Shown: positions 32,768 through 43,292 of the stretch, piece by piece | Layout: every line of letters begins with the position of its first letter | How positions within the stretch are numbered: position 1 is the first letter of the stretch | DNA from: Symploca sp. SIO3C6 | Lineage (GTDB): Bacteria > Cyanobacteriota > Cyanobacteriia > Cyanobacteriales > Coleofasciculaceae | DNA: 64,000 nt | Assembly: GCA_010692425.1 (NCBI GenBank) | Contig: JAAHHJ010000006.1 | Coordinates: 194,250-258,249 of the forward strand | Direction: 5' to 3' | Notes under the pieces: generated by a model | Seen by the model: only the letters and a program-made list of their open reading frames with translations | Told to the model about the DNA's origin: nothing | Databases searched by the model: none | Made by a program: the position numbers and the translations under genes

Positions 32768-33192
32768 TGGAGGAATTACTAGAACTAAAACAACTACTCC
32801 AGGCTGGTAAAGTCGATCAGGCTTTGCTACTGGTTGATGAGTTAGAAGAAATGAGTCTTAGTGACAAAATCAATAAGATTGATAGTTATGGAGTTATTCT
32901 TCTAATTCATTTAATTAAGCAGAATGCGGAAAGTCGCTTGACTCGCTCTTGGGAGGTTTCTATTGAAAGTGCAGTGCGAGAAATTCATAAGACTAATAAG
33001 TACCGTAAAGCTGGTGGTTATTTTTTGAGTGAAACTCAGTTGCTGGAGATTCTGGAAGATGGGTATCAAGTGGCGATGAAAAAGGCAGCTTTAGAGGCTT
33101 TTGAAGGGCGTTATGAGACTGACGAGTTAGCGGTAATGGTTGATAAGCCAGGGATTTTATCTCAAGCTATGGAATTGTTAAGGAAGGGGTAG
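32764..33192 (+). CDS. DUF29-family protein
   Basis: 142 aa. MEELLELKQLLQAGKVDQALLLVDELEEMS...LIHLIKQ matches the cyanobacterial DUF29 pattern. The start overlaps the flotillin B stop (ATGA). Confidence 0.6.
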   Translation: MMEELLELKQLLQAGKVDQALLLVDELEEMSLSDKINKIDSYGVILLIHLIKQNAESRLTRSWEVSIESAVREIHKTNKYRKAGGYFLSETQLLEILEDGYQVAMKKAALEAFEGRYETDELAVMVDKPGILSQAMELLRKG

Positions 33193-33329
33193 ATGCGATC
33201 GTTCTCTAACTTTTATCGCTCCCTGACTTCTATTTTTGAGTAGGACGGTTCTCCTTTTTACGAAACGACAAGGGAATCAATATGGTTTCAACCTCTAAAG
33301 ATTACTTAAATTTTACGGAGATTATATAA

Positions 33330-33788
33330 ATGTCAGATAATGGTTCATACCCTGATTATGTTTGGTGGCTTAAACCAGGACTTTTAGCAGGAATGCCACG
33401 ACCACCTTTAGAGGATTTACCTCAACTCTATCAAGCTGGAATGCGCGGTATTGTTTCAGTGATGGATGAACCTTCAGGTATTGAAGAGTATAGAGAAGCA
33501 GGCTTTTCGGCTTTATGGTTGCCGATTACAGGTGGAAAAGCTCCTACCCTAGAACAAGTAAAACAGTTCGTTGAGTTTACCGATCCTTTATTAGCAAAAC
33601 ATCAATCAGTTGTCGTACATTGCACTAGTGGTAATCGCAGAACCGGTACTCTTTTAGCTTCTTATTTAATTGCTAAGGGGGAAACTCCTTCTCTTGCCAT
33701 CCAACTTGTTCAAAAAGCTCGTCCTACAGCTGAACTTAGGGAAATTCAAATCAATTTTTTGTCACAATTACCTAATCTACTTAAATAA
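33330..33788 (+). CDS. Dual-specificity / tyrosine protein phosphatase (CX5R)
   Basis: 152 aa. Active-site P-loop VVVHCTSGNRRTG. Confidence 0.7.
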   Translation: MSDNGSYPDYVWWLKPGLLAGMPRPPLEDLPQLYQAGMRGIVSVMDEPSGIEEYREAGFSALWLPITGGKAPTLEQVKQFVEFTDPLLAKHQSVVVHCTSGNRRTGTLLASYLIAKGETPSLAIQLVQKARPTAELREIQINFLSQLPNLLK

Positions 33789-34680
33789 AAAGGCATCCAT
33801 ATAGTACAGATGCCTCAAGTTCTCTCTAGATGTAGACCCTAAGATGTAGAATATTAGACAACAATCTTTGCTAGCAACACTTGTTGTTAGCGCCTGAAGG
33901 AAGACTGAAGGAGTGTGTGTATGTTGAAAGAGCTTGTTCTTGATCAACTGTCTACATCTTCCTATGTATTTTTGAGATACACCAGTGAAGATAGGACAGT
34001 TATTGAGGAATTTAGTAGTCTCATGCTAGGCAATTCACAGCAGACTACATTTTTGACACTCCCCGACCTGAAGGTACGGGGATTCTTGGGCTGATCTTGC
34101 CAAACTACTAGCTTCAAACAACTAGCTTTTGGTCTTACAGAGCATACTTAAGCCTTTCAACTCACTCCTCAAGCTTAAATTCCTGTGTGTCCCACAGTAT
34201 TGATGTATCGAGATTTGTCGAATTCTCGCCTAACGATTCCCACGTTTGTACAAGATCTAGGATTTATACTACCAGGGCTCCGGATCAGGAATAGTCCGCT
34301 TGACCTACTTCGTCTTAATGTGTGCGCTTTACCGCTAATATTATCCTAGCTTTCAATCTCATTATTTATCAAGATTATTCCCCTAAAAAGCCGTCAAGCG
34401 AAGAGCGGGGCTTGAATCCCATATTTTTGGTCAAGGATAGATTTTTGTCATTTACACTGCTTAACAAAAAACTCGTTCCTCGAAGGTAGTGAAATTTCAC
34501 TTACTGCTCTGTGTAATTGGCTAAAATTCTACGGCAAATCAAGGGTTTGAGAGGATGTTAGTATTTTTTGACAAATAAAACCCCCAGTATATATCTATAG
34601 TTATTTTTTCATTGTCAACAAAATCAGTCAATACTCAGGCTTATTGAGAATATTCTCAATAATCGCCCTAATGTAAAGTT

Positions 34681-34787
34681 ATAGCAGTACGTATTAAGGT
34701 TAGGACAAGCTAAATCGCTAGAACTTTGTCAAATTCACCCCTTCTGCCTTGGAGCCTTTTGCCCTGGAGCCTTGCGCGTAGCGCTAT
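34681..34787. repeat. ~100-bp direct repeat, copy 1 (partner at 35903..35994), flanking the tRNA-Leu locus
   Basis: atagcagtacgtattaaggttaggacaagctaaatcgctagaactttgtcaaattcacccctt...ggagccttgcgcgtagcgctat is nearly identical at both sites. It contains an internal CCTTGGAG(CC) mini-repeat. Confidence 0.6.
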
Positions 34788-34882
34788 CAGATAACTTTGA
34801 CTGATTATGGATTAATAGCAACTGCCATTGGCAAGCTGCTAACAAACATCTACATGGGAGCAAATCAAAAATTTTGTTGGTA

Positions 34883-35187
34883 TGGGGGCAGAGGGACTTG
34901 AACCCTCACGACCTTTTACGGTCAACGGATTTTCATCCTCCTGTAGCTTTCGCTACTGCCATTTGGCTCTTGAGAATTGGACTCTCCCTTTACCCTCGGC
35001 TTAACGTTAGGGTAGCTCCCGTCGAGTCTCTGCACCTTCCGAGAAAAATTTCTCGGCTTGGCTCAGGATTGCCATATCTAGCACTAGACTTAGGTTTCCC
35101 TGAGTTTGAGAGCATTCACTTGAGAGATTTCTCTATCAGTGCTCAATCACTATAAGTCCGTAGCGTCTACCATTCCGCCACGCCCCC
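34883..35187 (-). tRNA. trnL-UAA: tRNA-Leu(UAA) interrupted by a group I intron in the anticodon loop (exons 35187-35154 and 34933-34883)
   Basis: 5' exon GGGGGCGTGGCGGAATGGTAGACGCTACGGACTT and 3' exon AAAATCCGTTGACCGTAAAAGGTCGTGAGGGTTCAAGTCCCTCTGCCCCCA. The 220-nt intervening sequence carries group I P7/P3 elements (…GGAAGGTGCAGAGACTCGACGGGAGCTACCCTAACG…), matching the classic cyanobacterial trnL intron. Confidence 0.85.
34934..35153 (-). ncRNA. Group I self-splicing intron of tRNA-Leu(UAA)
   Basis: Inserted between U34 and A35; ends in G. Its conserved core matches remembered Anabaena trnL intron sequence. The six-frame ORF 34874..35155 (+) is antisense and spurious. Confidence 0.8.
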
Positions 35188-35902
35188 TTATTTGTTTGTG
35201 GTTGGTCTTCTAGCTTAACACAACTATTGACCTTTGTTGGCGTTAAAACGATGAGGATTCAAGTGGTTGTTCCGGAGGGCATTAAAATGATGCGCCTCAA
35301 CATGAGTTTCCCAGATTTTCAATCTAGCAGGCACGATCAGATGAGCCCTACAGACCTTGGCTAAACTTACGCTTAACTGTATCTACTTTGAAAGAGCTCT
35401 GCCCCAGTCGCTGCCTCTGCAAAAACTTTCCCAGCTGTCGGTTTTTTACCAACTGTGGCTAGAAATCAAAACTGAGACTACTTGAATCGACGCAACGATT
35501 ATACACTAAAACCAGTGTGATTTATCGCACAGATAAATCAGAGAATCTCGCTCCACGGCCATTGGGAAAAACCAATGGCTAACTCTCAAAAAGAAGTTAT
35601 TTTTGGGTTTACAGGGTAAATGCAAGAGGGAAGAAAAATTGACATTTGGCTCAAGGATAGGAGTATAGCTTGTCTGAGGGGATACGTCGTCTAATTCAAG
35701 ACACTTCGTCAGGTTTTAACCTGACTCGCTCCACAGCCAGTTGTTAAAGTAACAGGCTATCTCTTGAAAAAAAGTTGTTTTAGGTATCTGTTATTGCACC
35801 ATGAATCGGGCTTAAGATGCAACTATTTAGTTATTGAGTTCTATCTCAAAGGGGCATCTGGGGTTCTATAGTGCCGCTTCCATATCCATTTGGGTGTAGG
35901 TA

Positions 35903-35994
35903 TAGCAGTACGTATTAAGGTTAGGACAAGCTAAATCGCTAGAACTTTGTCAAATTCACCCCTTGGAGCCTTGGAGCCTTGCGCGTAGCGCTAT
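35903..35994. repeat. ~100-bp direct repeat, copy 2
   Basis: See copy 1. About 90% identical over roughly 92 bp. Confidence 0.6.
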
Positions 35995-36245
35995 ACATGG
36001 ACATATAAGGTAGGTTTTTCCCGCTAAAATCGGTAAAATTTACAAGCCGCTCCCTAAGCTTTGACTTAGAAGCAGATGATGTCATCAGAGTGTAGGATAG
36101 TATAACTAAAAAAGAATCATGAGTCATTGCACTGTTGACAGGGTAGAGAGCGACCAATCGAAAAGAATCAAGGTCGGTTCCTTATACCCGTAGTCACTGG
36201 TCGCATTCTGTGTTGTTGGTGTTGTCTTAAAATATAGTAAAAACT

Positions 36246-36464
36246 ATGGTTGTTGCTGTTGCTCTACTTTACCTGGCTTTGAGTGTAGTGTATTTGTTAG
36301 TAGTACCCTTTGCTCTTTACTTATACTTACAAAAACGTTGGTATGTGGTCAGCTCTTTCGAGCGAGGCTTCATGTACTTCCTAGTCTTCTTTTTCTTTCC
36401 AGGCTTATTGCTATTGAGTCCCTTTTTAAACTTGCGTCCCAAGAAGCGTCAACTCCAGGCTTAA
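36246..36464 (+). CDS. ndhL: NAD(P)H-quinone oxidoreductase subunit L
   Basis: 72 aa. [59 protein letters not shown] matches the NdhL consensus. Confidence 0.75.
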   Translation: MVVAVALLYLALSVVYLLVVPFALYLYLQKRWYVVSSFERGFMYFLVFFFFPGLLLLSPFLNLRPKKRQLQA

Positions 36465-36491
36465 TCATAGATTCAACTAGATTAGTGTAAA

Positions 36492-36815
36492 ATGCGAAGA
36501 ATTGACGCCATTGGCATTGGTATCGCTATCTTTGCTGCTGGTGGGTTAGTTTATGTCATCTTGCAGATAGCTGGCCTGGATAGACTACAGGCAGGAATCT
36601 GGACTCAAGCTGTATTAGTCGGCGGCCTAATTGGTTGGCTACTAACTTATCTGTTGAGAGTTGGCACCAAAAACATGACCTACAACCAGCAGCTTAAAGA
36701 CTATGAGGAAGCTGTGTTGCAAAAGCGCCTCGAAGCCATGACACCAGAAGAACTAGCTCAGCTGCAAGCAGAAATTGAACAAGAAGCTGGTGCTAAGACA
36801 GTTGATCGGCAATAA
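36492..36815 (+). CDS. DUF3007-like small membrane protein (conserved ndhL neighbour)
   Basis: 107 aa. Two N-terminal TM helices and a charged C-terminus. The ndhL-DUF3007-trpA synteny is typical of cyanobacteria. Confidence 0.55.
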   Translation: MRRIDAIGIGIAIFAAGGLVYVILQIAGLDRLQAGIWTQAVLVGGLIGWLLTYLLRVGTKNMTYNQQLKDYEEAVLQKRLEAMTPEELAQLQAEIEQEAGAKTVDRQ

Positions 36816-36909
36816 TTACAATAATTAACTGTTAAGTTAGTTCACACTTAGGTTTTTCTAGGAAGTGGACTCAAAATCTAAGCTCTTTGCATCCAAAATC
36901 CCAAATTGA

Positions 36910-37707
36910 ATGAATTCGGTTTCTGCTCGCTTCAAGTTTCTAAGAGATAACTCCCAATGTGCTCTGATTCCTTTTATCACAGCTGGGGATCCAGATTTGA
37001 GGACAACAGCCCAAGCCCTACAGGTGCTGGATCAATCCGGTGCCGATTTGATAGAGTTAGGGGTTCCCTATTCTGATCCTTTAGCAGATGGTCCGACAAT
37101 TCAAGCTGCAGCTACCAGAGCCTTGGGAAGGGGTGTGCGCCTAGATGATGTTCTGGAGATGGTTAAGGAGGTTGCTCCTACTCTCCAAGCGCCACTGATA
37201 CTTTTTACCTACTACAACCCGATTCTCAATCGAGGCATTGAATTATTCTTAGAGCAGATTGCTGCTGTAGGCGTTAAAGGTTTATTGGTGCCGGACTTAC
37301 CTTTAGAGGAAGCCCAATCATTACTCAAGCCGGCAGCAGAGATAGGTATCGAGGTAGTTTTACTAGTTGCCCCGACAACACCCCAATCTAGAATTGAAGC
37401 GATTGCTAAACAATCTCAAGGATTCATCTACCTTGTCAGCGTTACTGGCGTTACAGGCATGAGAAGCCAGTTAGAATCAAGAGTGCAAGATCTACTCCAG
37501 CAGATGCGTACCATCACAGATAAGTCCATAGGCGTTGGCTTCGGCATCTCCAAGCCAGAACAAGCCCTACAGGTTAAAAAATGGGGGGCAGATGCAGTGA
37601 TTGTTGGCAGTGCCTTTGTCAAACGTTTAGCAGAGGGTAAAAATTCAGAAGGCTTGTCAGCAATTGGCGAGTTTTGCCAAAGCCTTAAGTCAGCAATTAG
37701 GGATTGA
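36910..37707 (+). CDS. trpA: Tryptophan synthase alpha chain
   Basis: 265 aa. [35 protein letters not shown] motifs. Confidence 0.9.
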   Translation: MNSVSARFKFLRDNSQCALIPFITAGDPDLRTTAQALQVLDQSGADLIELGVPYSDPLADGPTIQAAATRALGRGVRLDDVLEMVKEVAPTLQAPLILFTYYNPILNRGIELFLEQIAAVGVKGLLVPDLPLEEAQSLLKPAAEIGIEVVLLVAPTTPQSRIEAIAKQSQGFIYLVSVTGVTGMRSQLESRVQDLLQQMRTITDKSIGVGFGISKPEQALQVKKWGADAVIVGSAFVKRLAEGKNSEGLSAIGEFCQSLKSAIRD

Positions 37708-37942
37708 GTGTTCTTTCTTAGACTAAATCTGTCAAACTCACGTTAAATTTGATCAGGGTAATGCTTTGTCTAGAAAGGTAAACCTAACATAAGATATGCT
37801 CTCGATGAGTTTTCGATTCTCGGCTTGTCTAACTAACGCCGAGACCTGATCAACCCAGATATATTAAACTCAGAGTTATGAATTTGCCACTCCCTCACTC
37901 AAAAATTATTTGTAATTTCATCCCAGTCCGGAGGCAAGAAAA

Positions 37943-38620
37943 ATGAGTGATACCATGTCATTTCTAACAGGGGCTGCCTTCGCTGGTGTAGCGGTTTTGT
38001 TCATGATCAAGGGAGGAGACAATCTCAGTGCTACTAACCTGCCCTCTGCTCAACCTCTGCCAATCTCGCCCAACAATCCCTATGAGACTCCATATAATAA
38101 TCCCTACCTAACAGCACCGCCAACCTCAACAACTGCCTCACCGACTTTCACTCCACCAAATTATCAGCAGCAGTTGGAACTTGCACAGATTCAACCAATG
38201 CTCGAACAGCAACGCACTGAAATCGAGCAACTCAAAGTCCAAATGCAAAATCAGCAGTTGCTAATCGATAGTCTCACTTCCCAAGTTGATAACAAGAGTC
38301 TGCCTTCATGGGAAAACCCAGAATCGGCAATTGCTAATTCTGGAATTGCTAGTTCTGCACAACCAGAAATCCAGCAGCAAGAGAATAAATTGGTTTCAGG
38401 GATAATTTGGGCGCTGGGAGGAATTGCGATAACTATGAGTGGTGGAGTTGTTGTTCTAGGTGCCTTAGCTTTGCTGCTGCGACAACAGCGCCCTCCTCGC
38501 ACAACTTATGTGGTACAAAACCCCTATAACTCCCTACCACCTTCCGTTTCACCTAGACGTCGTTCTGAATTTGTGCAACCTCAGTATGATGACAGGCGTA
38601 TTGACCAAATGGATTATTAG
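37943..38620 (+). CDS. Hypothetical membrane protein with a Pro-rich region and a Q-rich coiled coil
   Basis: 225 aa. N-terminal and C-terminal TM helices, central QQQLELAQIQPMLEQQRTEIEQLKVQMQNQQLL. Confidence 0.45.
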   Translation: MSDTMSFLTGAAFAGVAVLFMIKGGDNLSATNLPSAQPLPISPNNPYETPYNNPYLTAPPTSTTASPTFTPPNYQQQLELAQIQPMLEQQRTEIEQLKVQMQNQQLLIDSLTSQVDNKSLPSWENPESAIANSGIASSAQPEIQQQENKLVSGIIWALGGIAITMSGGVVVLGALALLLRQQRPPRTTYVVQNPYNSLPPSVSPRRRSEFVQPQYDDRRIDQMDY

Positions 38621-38756
38621 AGTTGGCGGTTTAGAAGGGTTTGAAAAGGTTTTGAAACTCCCCATAATTATATCGATTTCGTTTATGTTGGCTACAGATG
38701 CTGATAATGCCCAGACTATGGGGTTGATTTATAGCAAATATTCCAGGAGACTGGTT

Positions 38757-39245
38757 TTATACAAAAATATCTTTTAGCGCTGGCGGCAGTTGTCGCATCA
38801 CCTTGCCCTTTTCTCGGTCAATAGCTACTAAAGTAACACGACCAGAAATGTACAGTTGTTGCCCATCCAAGGATTGAATCTGATAATCCCAGTTAATGCG
38901 GACACCTTGCATGTTATTAGTGCGCGTTTTCACAATGGCTGCCTCACCCATCCGCAGTGGAGTGTGATAGCGCAGCGATAACTCTACCACTGGCAAATCA
39001 AATCCTAGGGCTACCAGATTAGCATAATTAATGCCGATTGAGCGCAAGTATTCAACTCTTGCCTCTTCCATCCAGGCAATGTAGGTACCATGCCAGACAA
39101 CACCAGCATAATCAGTGTGGTGAGGTTGGGCTCGTACTGGGTACTCAAACCATTTCTGGCTAGTTTCTGTGAGAGGATCAGTTTGAATGGTCCCACTAGA
39201 TGGCAGTTGAGCTGAGGCGTTTGGTTCTTTGGGCATATTGAGCAA
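38757..39245 (-). CDS. Hotdog-fold acyl-CoA thioesterase (4HBT/YbgC-like; candidate DHNA-CoA thioesterase). Start possibly at MPKEPNAS, 39233.
   Basis: HHTDYAGVVWHGTYIAWMEEARVEYLR... is a typical 4HBT hotdog motif. Confidence 0.7.
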   Translation of the reverse strand: MLNMPKEPNASAQLPSSGTIQTDPLTETSQKWFEYPVRAQPHHTDYAGVVWHGTYIAWMEEARVEYLRSIGINYANLVALGFDLPVVELSLRYHTPLRMGEAAIVKTRTNNMQGVRINWDYQIQSLDGQQLYISGRVTLVAIDREKGKVMRQLPPALKDIFV

Positions 39246-39770
39246 AAATAAAGCTAAACTGTTATGTTTTTAATTTGTATATTCAATGGGGCACTAGTCT
39301 GCTGACCATGAAAGCGCTCTCATTAACTGAGGTGATTGACAATAGAGTCGATGATATCAATAATGGGACTCGTGGCAGTATAAAATCTGTTACAGAGTTT
39401 AGTCGCATTATTCGCAACATAGGCACAATTAAGTTGGAATTTTGTAAATTGCCTGACAAGCTGAAGTGTGAAATCCCACCTGAGCTACTTGAAACTGTAA
39501 ACATTCTGTAATAATTATAGTAAAGGGAAAACGATTATCTTTAATTCCAGCGATTGGGAGTTTGAGGTTAGAACAATGGCTCCTGATAAATTCTGTCTAA
39601 TTGTGTAGAGTGTTTTGGTTTTACTGCATCAGTCTGTGCTGTTGAGGTTAATAGGGAGCTTTGGAAGATTGTCAATGGGAGAGAAGTGTTCATCAATCAC
39701 ATCGCTCCTGATTCAGCATAGCTACTGTGTGAACAAAGTTTGTTGCAATCCAAGTCTGGAGGTATATCTA

Positions 39771-40217
39771 ATGTCCGTTCGTCTTTATGTAGGCAATTTG
39801 CCCAAAGAACAAGTAGACCGTGATGAACTACATGCTATTTTTGCAGAAGCTGGTGAATCTGTTTCTACGAAAGTGATTAAAGACCGCAAAACCGGTAAAT
39901 GCCGGGGCTTCGGCTTTGTTACTGTACCCACAGATGAGCTAGCCGATGAAATTATTGCAAAATTCAACGGCCACATGTTCAAAGATGTCGCTCTTAAAGT
40001 TGAGAAGGCACAGCCAAGATCCAAGAATAGCGAGGAGGAGGATTCCAGCAGTAAGCCTAATACCAACAATAAACCCTCTGGACGTCGCGGAGGTAATAAA
40101 AAGTCTAAGCGTGCAACCCAGCAGCCAACAACTGATTCAGGAGCAGTTCAACCTGATCCACGCTGGGCTGAGCAGTTGGCTATTCTTAAGGAACGTTTAG
40201 CAGCTCAATCTAAATAA
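39771..40217 (+). CDS. RRM-type RNA-binding protein with an extended charged C-terminal tail (start at MSVRLYVGNL; the six-frame ORF begins at 39615)
   Basis: RNP2 LYVGNL and RNP1 RGFGFVTV, followed by a ~65-aa Ser/Lys/Arg-rich tail. Confidence 0.75.
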   Translation: MSVRLYVGNLPKEQVDRDELHAIFAEAGESVSTKVIKDRKTGKCRGFGFVTVPTDELADEIIAKFNGHMFKDVALKVEKAQPRSKNSEEEDSSSKPNTNNKPSGRRGGNKKSKRATQQPTTDSGAVQPDPRWAEQLAILKERLAAQSK

Positions 40218-40704
40218 TCCCTCATTCCTAGTTTAATTTAGGGTTTGATCGCTGTTAAAGCTAAAGCTGCAAGCACTTTGCTCAACAAACAACGCCAAGT
40301 TAGAAGTGGCACTGTGTCACAGTTTTTATTGCGATGTTTCATGGTTAATTGTTTATAAGTTTATGGTTGATGGCAAACAAAACAATTCACCATGGACTAT
40401 GAAAATTTAACAGCCCTGAGTAGGAGTTTTGATGAGTTAATCGATACTCTAGATAACCCTATTTCCCAAATAACGACAACTCCTGAGAGTACTAAGGAAC
40501 TCTCACTGAGATAACTATGGAAATAATGCCGGAACATTGAGCACTTGGGTTTTGTGCCTGGAATACTGACAAAGCCTTGGTGGAAGGTTCTTGCCTTTCC
40601 TAGAACCTTCCAAGACGTGCTTGAGGCAAAAAGGTTTCCTTAATATCCCCCTTGGGAGTAATAATGTAGTGCGTCAATCTAAAGATTTTAATTAGGGGCT
40701 TGAT

Positions 40705-41418
40705 TTGATGAGTGCAGAAATTGACCCTGTTAAGTTGATGAAACAGGAGGTTGGTAAAGCTGCTGCTGAACGTGTAATCTCTAGTATGATCGTCGGTCTA
40801 GGTACTGGTTCAACCACTGCCTATGCAATTGAGCATTTGGGTAATCGCCTTCAATCTGGAGAAATCAAAGATATCAAGGGTATTCCTACCTCTTTTCAGG
40901 CAGAAGTTTTAGCCAAAAAGTACGGAATTCCCTTAACTACCCTTGATGCAACGGATCACATTGACATTGCTATTGATGGTGCTGACGAAGTTGATCCCCA
41001 AAAGAATTTGATTAAGGGGGGAGGTGCTGCCCATACTCGTGAGAAAATCGTCGATTCTCTAGCGGAACAATTTATAGTAGTAGTTGATAGCACGAAGTTA
41101 GTTGATAGCCTAGGTTCTAGCTTTCTACTGCCAGTAGAAGTAATTCCCATGGCACTGTCCCCAGTTATGCGTGCTATTGAAAATTTAGGCGGTAAACCAG
41201 AATTGCGCATTGGCGTTAAAAAAGCTGGTCCAGTGATTACTGACCAAGGCAATATGGTAATTGATGTCAAATTTGACTCCATTGCTAACCCGGCTGAACT
41301 TGAAAAAACCCTCAATAATATTCCTGGTGTTCTAGAAAATGGTTTATTTGTCGGTGTTGCTAATGTCGTTTTAGTTGGCGAAGTCAAAGATGGACAGCCT
41401 GTGATTAGAGAATTCTGA
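40705..41418 (+). CDS. rpiA: Ribose-5-phosphate isomerase A
   Basis: 237 aa. [31 protein letters not shown] motifs. Confidence 0.9.
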   Translation: MMSAEIDPVKLMKQEVGKAAAERVISSMIVGLGTGSTTAYAIEHLGNRLQSGEIKDIKGIPTSFQAEVLAKKYGIPLTTLDATDHIDIAIDGADEVDPQKNLIKGGGAAHTREKIVDSLAEQFIVVVDSTKLVDSLGSSFLLPVEVIPMALSPVMRAIENLGGKPELRIGVKKAGPVITDQGNMVIDVKFDSIANPAELEKTLNNIPGVLENGLFVGVANVVLVGEVKDGQPVIREF

Positions 41419-41494
41419 CATAGAATTGGACACCAGACAAGGTTCAGCGCTGGCAAGATTAAAAAAAGTAGTAGCTTTGATACTTAGCTGAATC

Positions 41495-42676
41495 ATGAAA
41501 TACCGAAGATTTGGGCGTACGCAGTTACAGATGCCGGTATTCTCCTGTGGCGGCATGAGGTATCAGTTTAAATGGCAAGATGTTCCTAGGTGGCAAATTC
41601 CTCAAGATAATCAGCGGAATCTAGAAGCGACGATTCGCAGATCAATCGAAGTCGGTATTAATCACATTGAAACTGCTCGGGGCTATGGTACCTCAGAAAT
41701 GCAGTTGGGAAGAATTTTGCCTACTTTTGACCGCCAGCAGCTGATTATTCAGACTAAGGTTAGTATTAAATCAGATCCAAAAGAGTTTAGGCGTCAATTT
41801 AATCAATCTTTAGCTTTCCTGAAGCTAGAGTACGTTGATCTGCTAGGATTACACGGAATTAATAATTATGAACTGTTGCACGATACTATCCGCCCTGGTG
41901 GCTGTCTAGAGGTGGCGCAGCAGCTGCAAGCGCAGGGCAGGGTAAGGTTTATTGGTTTTTCTACTCATGGCCCGACAGATGTGATCGTCAAGACTATTGA
42001 AACTAACCAGTTTGACTACGTTAACCTGCACTGGTACTACATTAACCAGTTTAACTGGCCTGCGATCGCAGCGGCAACACGCCACAATATGGGCGTTTTT
42101 ATTATTAGTCCCTCAGATAAAGGAGGAAAGCTCTATCAACCACCGCCAAGATTAGTAGAGTTGTGTGCGCCTCTGAGTCCGATGGTGTTTAATAATTTAT
42201 TTTGTTTAAGTCATCAGCAGGTGCATACTCTCAGTTTAGGTGCTTCTAAACCATCAGACTTTGACGAACATCTCAAAACTTTAGCCAGTTTGGATCGGAC
42301 TTCGGAGATTTTACCACCGATTCTGGAGCGCTTGCAACAAGAAGCCATCGCCAGGCTAGGAGCAGACTGGGTTCGTAGTTGGCACCTTGGTTTGCCTAGC
42401 TATGAAAATACTCCTGGAGGTATTAATATCCCAGTAATTTTGTGGCTGAGGAATTTAGCGATCGCTTACGATATGTTTGAATATGCCAAAATGCGCTACA
42501 ACCTCTTGGGTAATGGCAGTCATTGGTTCCCTGGGAACAAGGCAGAAGCAGTTAGGGAATTGGACTTGAGGAAATGTCTGCGCCAGAGTCCCTTTGCTGA
42601 TCAAATTCCTGCTTTACTTGAAGATGCTCATCAGCTATTAGCAGGAAAAGTAGTAAAACGTTTATCGCAGTCTTGA
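41495..42676 (+). CDS. Aldo/keto reductase family oxidoreductase
   Basis: 393 aa. MKYRRFGRT...[25 protein letters not shown] motifs. Confidence 0.8.
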   Translation: MKYRRFGRTQLQMPVFSCGGMRYQFKWQDVPRWQIPQDNQRNLEATIRRSIEVGINHIETARGYGTSEMQLGRILPTFDRQQLIIQTKVSIKSDPKEFRRQFNQSLAFLKLEYVDLLGLHGINNYELLHDTIRPGGCLEVAQQLQAQGRVRFIGFSTHGPTDVIVKTIETNQFDYVNLHWYYINQFNWPAIAAATRHNMGVFIISPSDKGGKLYQPPPRLVELCAPLSPMVFNNLFCLSHQQVHTLSLGASKPSDFDEHLKTLASLDRTSEILPPILERLQQEAIARLGADWVRSWHLGLPSYENTPGGINIPVILWLRNLAIAYDMFEYAKMRYNLLGNGSHWFPGNKAEAVRELDLRKCLRQSPFADQIPALLEDAHQLLAGKVVKRLSQS

Positions 42677-43292
42677 TACTATCGTATCATATTTCATATT
42701 AGGTTTCTTTTTTTAGTTTTTATCTTATTTTTTTTTTCTGCTAAATTATTCCCTGTTTGAAGATTGTTTTTGTTAATTGCTATTAATTAAATATGACTCA
42801 AAAAAGTAATAATTCTGTAGTTAAATTTGTTAATAAACAAAATATTAATGCAAACTAATTGAATGTTTATGTCATATCTAGACAAATAAAACCTTGTCAA
42901 CTAAGTATAGTTTTGGCCGTAGCTTTTTCTTGACATTATTAGCTATTTATAAGTTTATAATATACCTAACTAGGTTGCTTAATTATTACGTAATCAGAGA
43001 TTGAAAGAGGCTCTTCCCTGTTTCAGGAAGAGTAGTTTGTCGTGCATAGTATGCACTGCACGCATGCTGCGCAAACATTGTTGATTGTTCATAACAATGA
43101 GGTTATGAACTAATTGATGCTGGGCTTTTTTACCCACTCTTCTAAGGATAGGAACTAGAGTGAATTACCAGTTGAAACTTTCATGATCTGGTAAAAGTGC
43201 ATCTCTACAACGCATTTGTTATTAGTCTACGACAGTGCTATCAGCTGTCGGTGAACTTAGGTAAAACCTTCAATAAATTCTAACCAAGTATA

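Noticed and set aside
34874-35155. 93-aa plus-strand ORF
   Set aside because: It lies entirely within, and antisense to, the tRNA-Leu(UAA) group I intron, so it is a spurious frame.
39275-39511. 78-aa plus-strand ORF between the thioesterase and the RRM gene
   Set aside because: It overlaps an equally long antisense ORF and sits in a likely promoter region. No motif or coding-like signal is evident, so I left it uncalled.
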